A DNA stretch of 64,000 bases. Source: Chloroflexota bacterium. Lineage in GTDB: Bacteria > Chloroflexota > UBA11872 > VXNJ01. The stretch spans positions 1,251,317 to 1,315,316 of the forward strand of contig OZ253449.1 in assembly GCA_965261345.1 (NCBI GenBank), written 5' to 3'. This document shows positions 9,287 through 17,424 of this stretch, piece after piece (the stretch's first letter is position 1; each line of letters opens with the position of its first letter). The notes under the pieces were generated by a model, which searched no databases, had not been told where the DNA came from, and saw only the letters and a program-made list of their open reading frames with translations. Position numbers and translations under genes: made by a program.

Positions 9287-12200
9287 TCAGGCGCCTGGCG
9301 CCCGGGCCAGGCTGACCTGGAATGTTTGCCCTGAAATTTCCAACGGCTGGCTCAATTCAGGATTCCTTAACCGGATCGGGTGGAGCGAGATCGCCAGGAC
9401 CTCGCTGGCAATTTCGGTGCCGTGTTCGGCCAGCAGCCGGTCGGCCTCCGGACCGGTCAGTGAGACCTCGATCCGGTCGGAGATTTCGTATCCGGCGCTG
9501 CGCCGCATTCCCTGGATCGCGTGAACGATCTCGCGCGAGAGGCCCTCGCGCCGCAGTTTGGCGTCAATCGCGGTGGTTAGGCCAACCGCAATTCCATCGC
9601 CGACCGCCACCGCCAGGCCCTCGATTCCCGAATAGCGGATTGCCAGGTCGTCGGCTAAGAGTATTTCCAAGCGACCGGCCAGCTCAATGGGGATTTCCTC
9701 GCCGGCATCGGCCTGGGCGGCAACCCGGGCCGGATCAAGCTCGGCGATCGCCGCCGCCGCCGCCCCGATGGACCGCCCGAAACGCGGTCCCAGCGAGCGG
9801 AAATTGGGTTTGATCTCAAACGAGAGCAGGCGCGAGGAGGAATCGGATACGCGCAGCGCCTTTACGTTCACCTCCGAGCAGATCAGATCACGGTGGCGGT
9901 CGATCGCCCGGCGGGCATTGCGGTCGGCGGTGCCGACCACGAGCTCGGCCAGCGGCTGGCGGGTTTTGAGGTTGGCCTGCGATCGGGCCGCCCGCCCCAA
10001 CGAGATCACCGTCCGCAGCACCGCGAACTCGGCTTCCAATCCAGCGTCGATCCGTTCGGGCCGGGGCTGGACAAATGGGCAGAGGAAGACGCTTGCCGGG
10101 GCGCCAGGGACGTGCGCCTCCAGGTTCTGGTAGAGCTCCTCGGCCAGGTGCGGGGCCAGCGGAGCCATCAACCGGACGATCCCGGTCAACACCTCGTAGA
10201 GCGTCGCGTAGGCCGCCGCCTTATCCTCGTCGGCCTGCGACCTCCAGTAGCGGCGTCGACAGAGTCGCACGTACCAGTTGGAAAGGTCGTCCCAGAAACG
10301 CTCCAACTGCCCGACTAAGGGATATACCCAGTAGTTCTCATAGGACGTCTGGGCGCTGGCGACAAGGGAGTTGAAACGCGAAATAATCCAGCGGTCAAGC
10401 ACCGGGCGGGAGCCCAGCGGCGGGGCCGCCGTCAACGGGTCGAACTGGTCGAGTTCGGCGTAGGTGAGGAAGAACGCGTACACGTTCCAAAGGGTTAGGA
10501 ACCGGCGCACCACCGCGCGCGCGGGCTGGTAACCGAAACGCACATTGGCGTTGGGGTTGGTGCCAACGTACATCCAGCGCATTACGTCGGCGCCCATCTT
10601 GGCGACCGCCTCGTCAAAGTCGATCGAATTTCCAAACGAGCGGTGCATCGCCTGGCCGTTCTGGTCCATTACCTTTTCGTAGACAAAGCAGGTCCGATAG
10701 GGCGCCCGGTCGGCGATCGCCACGCTCATAAAGAGCATCGAATAGAACCAGAGCCGGATCTGTTCACGCATCTCGGTAATAAAGTCGGCCGGGAACCACT
10801 GGTTCCAGGGCGAATCGGGGTCGGCCTGGTCGCCGCCGAGGTAATTTAGGGTCGAAAACGGCACGATTCCGGCGTCCAGCCAGCAGTCGCCGACCTCCTT
10901 TACGCGCTCGAGCTGGGCCCCGCAAACGCAGGCAATCCGGATCTCGTCGATCCAGGGTCGGTGCAGCTCTGGAAGGGAGTCGACCGCGGCCGGGTCGATC
11001 GCCCGCGCGCGCAGCTCGGCCAGTGAGCCGATGACCGTGAGCTCGCCGCAGTCGGGGCATTCATAGAACGGCAGCGGCAGGCCCCAGTAGCGCTTGCGCG
11101 AGATGGCCCAGTCGCCCATGTTCTCCAGCCAGTCGACCATCCGGGCCCCGGCACTGGCGGGCACCCAGTTGACGGTACGGGCGGCGGCGATCATCCGCGG
11201 GCGGATCTGCTCGCACGCGATGAACCACTCGTCGACCAGATTGAAGACGATCTCCTCTTTGCAGCGCCAGCAGACCGGGTAGCGATGGGTGTGGTCGCCA
11301 GCGACCAGGAGCAGGCCTTTGGCCTTTAGGCGATCCACAATGTAGGCGGTCGAATCGGCTACCCGGCGGCCGGCCAGTTCGCCGTAATCCTCCCGGTAGG
11401 CGCCTTCGCCATCAATGATTGAGAGCGCCGGCAGGCCCTCGCGCTGACCCAGCTCGAAGTCTTCGGCCCCCGATCCCGGGGCGATGTGGACGATCCCGGT
11501 GCCCTCGTCGCCGACGACTTCTTCCCAGGCCACGATCCGGCGCGGGACATCGCGCTGCGGGTCGAGCTCGTCCCAGGGGCCCTGATAGGTCAGGCCAAGC
11601 AGCTCTCGGCCGGGGAACTCCCGTTCGATTCGGGCCCCAGGCCCCAGGACCCGGTCTACGGCGGCGCGGGCCAACACATAGCGTTTCCCGTCCAGGCTGG
11701 CGCTAACGTATGCCAGGTCGGGGGCCACCGCGCAGGCGACGTTGCCAGCCAGGGTCCACGGGGTGGTGGTCCACACCAGCAGATGCTCACCCTCACGTTG
11801 CCGGATCGGCAAGGCCAGAGTGACGGCGGTGTGGGTGAGTACCTGATAGGTGTCGGTGCCGAGCAGTTCGTGCTGCGAAAGCGAGGTCCCGCAGCGGGTG
11901 CACCAGGGCATGACGCGATTGCCGCGGCGCAGCCAGCCGTTCTCGCTGCAGACCTTGAGGAAATGCCAGATGTGCTCGATGTTGGAATCGGAGTGGGTGT
12001 AGTAGGAATCGTCCCAGTCCATCCACATCCCCAGGCGCCGGGACTGGCCGGAAATCCGCTCGCCAAAGCGTTCCACCCGCGCCGCGCAGGCCCGCGCGAA
12101 GCGGTCCAGGCCGTAGGCTTCGATCTCGCGCTTGGAATTGAGCCCAAGCTCGCGCTCGACCTCGACCTCAACCCACAGCCCCTGGCAGTCAAACCCGTTC

Positions 12201-12454
12201 TGGTAGCGCTGGTGGAACCCGCCCATGGCCTTGTAGCGGGTGTAGATGTCCTTGTAGGTTCTGCCCCAGGCGTGGTGGACCCCCATCGGATTGTTGGCAG
12301 TTATCGGCCCGTCGATGAAGGAATGACGGGGCCCGTTGCGGTTCTGCTCGCGCAGCTTGGCAAAGACCTGGTTGTCTTCCCAGAAATCCTGGGCTGCGGC
12401 CTCGATCGCAGGCAGGTCGGGGACCTGCGGGGGGCGGCTAAAGTGGGTTGCCAT
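9287..12454 (-). CDS. ileS: isoleucine--tRNA ligase (type 2, eukaryote/actinobacterial-like)
   Basis: 1055-aa ORF with a class I aaRS core and a CP1 editing domain. The N-terminus ...NNPMGVHHAWGRTYKD matches the HIGH-region context of IleRS, and a KMSKS-like region is present. Confidence 0.95.
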   Translation of the reverse strand: MATHFSRPPQVPDLPAIEAAAQDFWEDNQVFAKLREQNRNGPRHSFIDGPITANNPMGVHHAWGRTYKDIYTRYKAMGGFHQRYQNGFDCQGLWVEVEVERELGLNSKREIEAYGLDRFARACAARVERFGERISGQSRRLGMWMDWDDSYYTHSDSNIEHIWHFLKVCSENGWLRRGNRVMPWCTRCGTSLSQHELLGTDTYQVLTHTAVTLALPIRQREGEHLLVWTTTPWTLAGNVACAVAPDLAYVSASLDGKRYVLARAAVDRVLGPGARIEREFPGRELLGLTYQGPWDELDPQRDVPRRIVAWEEVVGDEGTGIVHIAPGSGAEDFELGQREGLPALSIIDGEGAYREDYGELAGRRVADSTAYIVDRLKAKGLLLVAGDHTHRYPVCWRCKEEIVFNLVDEWFIACEQIRPRMIAAARTVNWVPASAGARMVDWLENMGDWAISRKRYWGLPLPFYECPDCGELTVIGSLAELRARAIDPAAVDSLPELHRPWIDEIRIACVCGAQLERVKEVGDCWLDAGIVPFSTLNYLGGDQADPDSPWNQWFPADFITEMREQIRLWFYSMLFMSVAIADRAPYRTCFVYEKVMDQNGQAMHRSFGNSIDFDEAVAKMGADVMRWMYVGTNPNANVRFGYQPARAVVRRFLTLWNVYAFFLTYAELDQFDPLTAAPPLGSRPVLDRWIISRFNSLVASAQTSYENYWVYPLVGQLERFWDDLSNWYVRLCRRRYWRSQADEDKAAAYATLYEVLTGIVRLMAPLAPHLAEELYQNLEAHVPGAPASVFLCPFVQPRPERIDAGLEAEFAVLRTVISLGRAARSQANLKTRQPLAELVVGTADRNARRAIDRHRDLICSEVNVKALRVSDSSSRLLSFEIKPNFRSLGPRFGRSIGAAAAAIAELDPARVAAQADAGEEIPIELAGRLEILLADDLAIRYSGIEGLAVAVGDGIAVGLTTAIDAKLRREGLSREIVHAIQGMRRSAGYEISDRIEVSLTGPEADRLLAEHGTEIASEVLAISLHPIRLRNPELSQPLEISGQTFQVSLARAPGA

Positions 12455-13176
12455 CAGTTCGCCAGCGCGATCTCGACCCGGCGGTTGACTCGGCCCTTGT
12501 TCGACCCGCCAATGACCCGGATGGCCCCGACCTGGTCGGTTGCCTTGACATGGGTTCCGCCATCGGCCTGCAGGTCAATACCGACAATTTCAACGATCCG
12601 CACCTGGGTGATCGATTCGGGAAGGCGGTTAACCTGCGAGCGGATAAGGTCCGGGATTGCGAAGGCCTCGGCCCGCGGCAGCTGGTAGGCCTTAACCGGG
12701 GCGGCGGTCGCCAGCAGAGCGTTGCTGCGCGATTCCAGCTCGTTGAGGATGTCGCCGATCCGAACCCCCTCCAGGGCAAAGTCCATCCGCGCCTTGGACC
12801 CGTCGTCGGCGATGTTGGCGCCGGTTACCAGGGCCCCGAATCCGGAGAAAACGACCTGCGAGAGAACGTGTAGGGCGGTGTGCAAGCGCATCAATTTAAA
12901 CCGCCGCGGCCAGTCGATCCGGCCGTGCACCGGGGTGCCGACGGCTGGCGGATCGCCCTCGATCGGGTGGGCGATGTCCCCGCCGCGGCGGGCCGCCACC
13001 GCCACCGCATGGGTGTGGCCGGAGATTTCAAGCTGCCCGCTGTCGCCCGGTTGGCCGCCGCCGCGCGGGTAGAACGCACTCTCACTGAGAAAAAGGTCGC
13101 CACCGTCGACGGCGGTGACGGTCGCGGCGAATTCTTTTCGATACGCGTCTAGATAGTAGAGCGGTTTGGCGGGCAT
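12454..13176 (-). CDS. AlaX-type alanyl-tRNA trans-editing domain protein
   Basis: The HTALHVL (HxxxH) zinc motif and the second-additional-domain sequence identify it. The start is set at the internal Met MPAKPLYY. The stop overlaps the ileS start by 1 nt. Confidence 0.65.
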   Translation of the reverse strand: MPAKPLYYLDAYRKEFAATVTAVDGGDLFLSESAFYPRGGGQPGDSGQLEISGHTHAVAVAARRGGDIAHPIEGDPPAVGTPVHGRIDWPRRFKLMRLHTALHVLSQVVFSGFGALVTGANIADDGSKARMDFALEGVRIGDILNELESRSNALLATAAPVKAYQLPRAEAFAIPDLIRSQVNRLPESITQVRIVEIVGIDLQADGGTHVKATDQVGAIRVIGGSNKGRVNRRVEIALAN

Positions 13177-13269
13177 GGATCGTAAGGATACGAAGGGATT
13201 GGGGACGGCGGGGTAAGGCCGGCGCCGGCCAAGCAATTGGCCGCCAAAAAGTCTATGGCCTGGGAGGCC

Positions 13270-13833
13270 TTAGGCAGCCAGAACCAGGTATGTCTCCAGC
13301 ACCCAGCCGCCGCCCGGCTCATCGAGCTCCCGCCACGTTCCGTCGCCGTCGAGATGCAGCTGTCCGGAAAGGCGCACGATTTGCCGGTCGGGCAGGACCT
13401 GCAGGATCTCTCCGGCGTAGGAGGGCAGCGATCTGACGTTTAAGCCGATCGTGGCGTTAACCGCGGCGTGGCCGGCCGGAATCTGGGTCGGATCCACGGG
13501 CTCGGCCGTAGGCTGTGGCGCTGCGGTTGCGGTCGCGGTTGGGACAACGGTCGCGGTCGGGGTGGCGATTTGGGTCGGGATAGCCGTCGGGGTCGCTGTA
13601 GCCACCAGGGTCGGTACCGGGGCCGCCGCCGCGGTTGGCTGGGCCGGCCTGGCTGGGACCTGCTCGATCGCCCCGGGCGCGGCGGCTTGGTCGGGCGCAC
13701 GCCCAAACAGGGTAAATATTAGTAACAGGCCGAAAAGGCCGGTTAGGGCAAACCCCAGAGGCTGGAGGACGTCGCGACGGCGCCGCGCGCGACGGTTGGC
13801 CGGCGGAAGCGAGCGGTCCGGTTGTGCGAGCAC
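13270..13833 (-). CDS. membrane-anchored protein with a Pro/Thr/Ala-rich linker and a C-terminal bacterial SH3-like domain
   Basis: N-terminal basic region plus a TM helix. The low-complexity linker is TATPTAIPTQIATPTATVVP. The C-terminal GLNVRSLPSYAGEILQVL...GGWVLETYL segment resembles SH3b. Confidence 0.45.
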   Translation of the reverse strand: MLAQPDRSLPPANRRARRRRDVLQPLGFALTGLFGLLLIFTLFGRAPDQAAAPGAIEQVPARPAQPTAAAAPVPTLVATATPTAIPTQIATPTATVVPTATATAAPQPTAEPVDPTQIPAGHAAVNATIGLNVRSLPSYAGEILQVLPDRQIVRLSGQLHLDGDGTWRELDEPGGGWVLETYLVLAA

Positions 13834-13858
13834 CGCGACACCCCCGAGGGCTTGCTAA

Positions 13859-14713
13859 CTAGCGCGATCGCGGGCCGCGGCGGCGCGACTCGGCCCGGCG
13901 CCGCGACCTGGCCGGGCGGCTGCGGCGCGGCCGGCCGGCCGATCGGGTCGAAGTCTCCGGTTCGTCCGTATAGAACTGGGCCGGTTGGTCGTCGATCGGA
14001 GCGGGTTCGCCGCCGCTGAGAAATTCGGGCAGGCCGGCGTCAGGATTGGCCGGCTTTTGCGGAACCGCGCCCTCCACGTACATCTCGTGTTCGTAGCGCA
14101 GGCAGCAGAGCAGGCGCCCACACACCCCGGAGATCTTGGCCGGATTGAGCGGGAGATTCTGGTTCTTGGCCATCCGAACCGAAACCCGGCCCGGTTCGAC
14201 CAGCCAGGATGAGCAGCACAGGCTCAAACCGCAGCGGCCCAGCCCGTCGACCAATGCCGCTCGCTCGCGCGAACCGACCTGGCGCAGTTCGATCCGGGCA
14301 TGGAAGACCCCGGCCAATTCGCCGGCGAGGTCGGAAAAGTCGACCTGGCCGCTGGCGGCGATATTAAAGGTCAGAGTCGCCCCATCAAAGCTCCAATTGG
14401 CCTTGATCGGTTTGATCGGCAATCCGCGTTCGCCGATGAGTTGCTTGAAGCGGGCCATCGCCTCGGTGGCCCGTACTGACTGCTCCTCGAATTTGATCCG
14501 GTCCTGCTCGCTGGCGTGTCGGATGACCTTGCGCAGCGGCGCGCGCAGCTCGGTGTCGTCGACCTCGGTCGGGGCCAGGATCACCCGTGCCAGCTCGGTG
14601 CGCGAGCCGGCCTCAACCAGGACCAGGTCCTCGACCTGGAAGGGGACCGAGTCGGGGTCGTAGTAGAAGAGGCGGCCGGCGCGCCGAAAACGTACGCCGA
14701 TAACAGTTGGCAT
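13859..14713 (-). CDS. PSP1 C-terminal domain protein (RicT/YaaT-like)
   Basis: The conserved ...GVCGRLLCCLRYE... motif supports the call. It sits immediately downstream of holB, as in the Firmicutes/Actinobacteria holB-yaaT arrangement. Confidence 0.75.
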   Translation of the reverse strand: MPTVIGVRFRRAGRLFYYDPDSVPFQVEDLVLVEAGSRTELARVILAPTEVDDTELRAPLRKVIRHASEQDRIKFEEQSVRATEAMARFKQLIGERGLPIKPIKANWSFDGATLTFNIAASGQVDFSDLAGELAGVFHARIELRQVGSRERAALVDGLGRCGLSLCCSSWLVEPGRVSVRMAKNQNLPLNPAKISGVCGRLLCCLRYEHEMYVEGAVPQKPANPDAGLPEFLSGGEPAPIDDQPAQFYTDEPETSTRSAGRPRRSRPARSRRRAESRRRGPRSR

Positions 14714-14892
14714 GGCAGCCGCGGTTGCGCTTTGCTTGGGTGGGAATTTATCAGATGGCTTGGCCCTGCCGGGACCGGGCCACCGGACACCGGTCGACCG
14801 CCCGACAGCAGGGTCGAGTAAAACGAGTCTATTTCGTCAGCTGACCAACGCAATGCCGACCCCCACGGGGGGGCTGGCGCCGGCACCTTGAC

Positions 14893-15870
14893 CTAGGTGG
14901 CCTGCAGGCGACCGATGTTTAGGAAAACGTCCTCGATTGCCGGTCGCAGCATCGCGTTCCCGCGCAGGCGCCGCAGACCCTCACGCAGCAGGGCCGCGTC
15001 GTTTGCCCAGGCAATCAGGCTGGCGGTCTCACCGCTGCGCCGGGCGGCCAGTGCCAACTCCAGCCACTCCAGCGACTCGATCGCCGCCGATCGCCGTTCG
15101 GCAGCGCTCCGCCCGTCGGTGGCCACGGTGGCGGCGACTTCCATCCTCCGGGCATCGTCGTTGCCGGCTTCGAGGGCCGAGAGCATCAGCTTGGCGCGGC
15201 GGTCAAAGCGTTGCAATAGCCGTCGGTCGGACGCCATCGCCAGTGCCCAGCCGGGCCGTCCGAAGGCATGCGCGAGGGCGGTTTCGAGGTCCTCTCCGTC
15301 AACCCCGGTGCGGCTTCTAACCAGCTCGCCCAGCAGTTTGTCGGGCAGGGCGTAGAGCCGCAGTCGCGAACAGCGGGAGGCCACCGTCGGCAGCAGCGAA
15401 CTCACGTCCGGGGCCGCCAGCATGATGAGGGTGTGGCCCGGCGGCTGCTCGAGCGTTTTGAGCAGCGCGTTGGCCGCGCTTTCGGAAAAAAGGTGGGCGT
15501 TGGGAAAGATGGCGATCTTGAACCGGCCGCCGACCGAGGTGAGCGCCACTCGGTTCTCGAATTCGCGGATCTGGTCGATCTGGACCCGGCCGTGACCCTC
15601 CGCAACATCAACGGTCCGGACATCGAAATCGGCCCCCTTGGCGATCCGCTGACAGCTGGGGCAGGCCCGGCAGGGACCCCGACCATCGGCGTCGGGGCAG
15701 TTTAGGTAGGCGGCCAACCCGCACATCAGGGTGGTCTTGCCCGAATGGGGTGGGCCGGTAAACAACAGCGCGTGCGGGAGGCGGCCGCTTGAGAGCATCA
15801 CCTCGATTAAGCGGACCGCGGCGGTCTGGCCGACCACCCCGAGATCTAGCGCCATGGTGTGGGTGGCCAC
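14893..15870 (-). CDS. holB: DNA polymerase III subunit delta'
   Basis: The Walker A motif LLFTGPPHSGKTT, a zinc-binding CxxC cluster and the SRC motif (VASRCSRL) identify it. Confidence 0.85.
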   Translation of the reverse strand: MATHTMALDLGVVGQTAAVRLIEVMLSSGRLPHALLFTGPPHSGKTTLMCGLAAYLNCPDADGRGPCRACPSCQRIAKGADFDVRTVDVAEGHGRVQIDQIREFENRVALTSVGGRFKIAIFPNAHLFSESAANALLKTLEQPPGHTLIMLAAPDVSSLLPTVASRCSRLRLYALPDKLLGELVRSRTGVDGEDLETALAHAFGRPGWALAMASDRRLLQRFDRRAKLMLSALEAGNDDARRMEVAATVATDGRSAAERRSAAIESLEWLELALAARRSGETASLIAWANDAALLREGLRRLRGNAMLRPAIEDVFLNIGRLQAT

Positions 15871-15965
15871 TCGGACCGGGCCGGGAACTGATCAATCCCG
15901 GTTGGCGTCGACGCGGTTGCCCCGACTGCCCCGGTTAGACGATGGTGGCAGGCCCGCAAACGGAG

Positions 15966-16586
15966 TTAACCGGCCTCGACCGCGGCGCCGGCATAGGCGT
16001 CTATGAATTCGCCTAAGATTTCCCCGTCAACCTGGTTTAAGGCCAGCAGGGTGCCGTATGCGCTAACCGAAATGTGCGATCCGCTGGCAGCCCGGTAGGG
16101 CGCCAGGATCACTGGGCGATCGGGGAACAAATCGACGACCTCGGCAAGTTCGTCAACCATCCCGGCGCAGAGGCCGGCCGCCGGTGGACAGCTGTAACCG
16201 ATGACCACGTAGCCTTCGGCCAGGGCTGCCACCTGATCGAGGTTGCTGATCTCGCGGTCGTAGATTCCCGGCTCCGGGGCGGTCGCCGAACGCGCCCCCG
16301 AGGTGGGTGGGATCGTCAGGTAGGGATCATGCATCACGTCGGGCCCCACCACTACCGTCGGGGCGACGTCGACGCTGTTGCCGGGTGGGCCCTCGAGTAA
16401 TCCGTTTATGGCCATAAATTCAAATGGCAGCAGGACCACCATCAGCACCATCAGGATGACGAAGCGCTTCTGTCGAAAGGGGTTAAAACCCGCCCGCGGC
16501 GGCGGAGCGGCGCTGGCCGGAGCGCCCGCTGGCTCTACCGGCAGGCGAGATTGAGTTTTTCCGCGGCGGCGGCGGCGGGTGGCCAT
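15966..16586 (-). CDS. hypothetical membrane-anchored protein (possibly DUF3105-like)
   Basis: The start was trimmed to the internal ATG (MATRRRRRGK...). The protein has a basic N-terminus, one TM helix and a conserved-looking C-terminal domain with a CPPAAGLC motif. The family name is recalled from memory and not verified. Confidence 0.35.
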   Translation of the reverse strand: MATRRRRRGKTQSRLPVEPAGAPASAAPPPRAGFNPFRQKRFVILMVLMVVLLPFEFMAINGLLEGPPGNSVDVAPTVVVGPDVMHDPYLTIPPTSGARSATAPEPGIYDREISNLDQVAALAEGYVVIGYSCPPAAGLCAGMVDELAEVVDLFPDRPVILAPYRAASGSHISVSAYGTLLALNQVDGEILGEFIDAYAGAAVEAG

Positions 16587-16804
16587 GGTGTCCTTACTAG
16601 GTCTTGGGCTATCTGCTTGCTTGCTGCAATTTTCTTTATCCGGGACCGGACCGGCGGGATCGGGGCGGTGTCCCGGCAACTTTCTATAATTGCCCGAAGT
16701 GGTCGGATGACCCGACCGCCCGCGCCTGAGACTATGGCGGGGTGAAAGCTTGACGGGCAGCGTCCGCGTTGACCCACAATCTATTTTGTTTTTGAGGTTC
16801 TGGT

Positions 16805-17071
16805 TTGCCGTATCTAGGCACCAAGCAGGAAGCCATCCAAACCCTGCAAAACCATGAGCTGGACACCGGATCAACCGAGGTTCAGATCGGCGTATTGACG
16901 ACGCGCATTGTGCACCTTACCGATCATCTTCGGACGCACAAGCACGACCATCACTCGCGTCGTGGTTTGCTCAAGCTGGTTGGCAAGCGCGGCTCGCTGC
17001 TCAGGTATCTGCGGACCAAGAATTCTCAGCGTTACACGGAGGTGATAAGAACTTTGGAATTGCGCGGCTAA
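16805..17071 (+). CDS. rpsO: 30S ribosomal protein S15
   Basis: 88-aa ORF with ...[41 protein letters not shown]... canonical for S15. It lies upstream of pnp as in most bacteria. Confidence 0.95.
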   Translation: MPYLGTKQEAIQTLQNHELDTGSTEVQIGVLTTRIVHLTDHLRTHKHDHHSRRGLLKLVGKRGSLLRYLRTKNSQRYTEVIRTLELRG

Positions 17072-17424
17072 GGCCGCGTTGCAGGGCTGCGGTCTATCTA
17101 TTTGTATGGAACATGTAAGACCGCCGTACCCTGTCCCCCATTCGGCCCGGCCCGTCAATGTGCCTAAAAAAGGACACGACGGAATCCGGCCAACGCTTTT
17201 TCTTTAAAAAGCGGCAGAGGGTTGACCAGTTAAAAAATGTCAACCAATCCTTGGGCTTGGCCAGATAGTCATTCAATCGGAAAAGAAAGCAAACCGGCCA
17301 AAGCAGCCCGATTCGTGCTCTTCAAGGCAAAGAAAGCAACAAAAAAAGTTCTGCCCCCGAGCATCGACCGATTTCGGCCGCTTATTGAATTTTTTAAACT
17401 CCATTCATCTTTGAGAAGAGATCT
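17072..17424 (+). promoter_or_regulatory. AT-rich rpsO-pnp intergenic leader (probable pnp 5' UTR and autoregulatory processing region)
   Basis: 350-bp non-coding A/T-rich spacer between rpsO and pnp in an otherwise GC-rich genome. By analogy with known pnp leaders it is a candidate for RNase III/PNPase autoregulation. Confidence 0.35.

Noticed and set aside
16586-16874. The 96-aa N-terminal extension of the track ORF 15966..16874 ([20 protein letters not shown]...).
   Set aside because: The extension runs into the rpsO promoter region, has no coding character, and is absent if the ATG at 16586 is used, which gives a basic-N-terminus plus TM topology.
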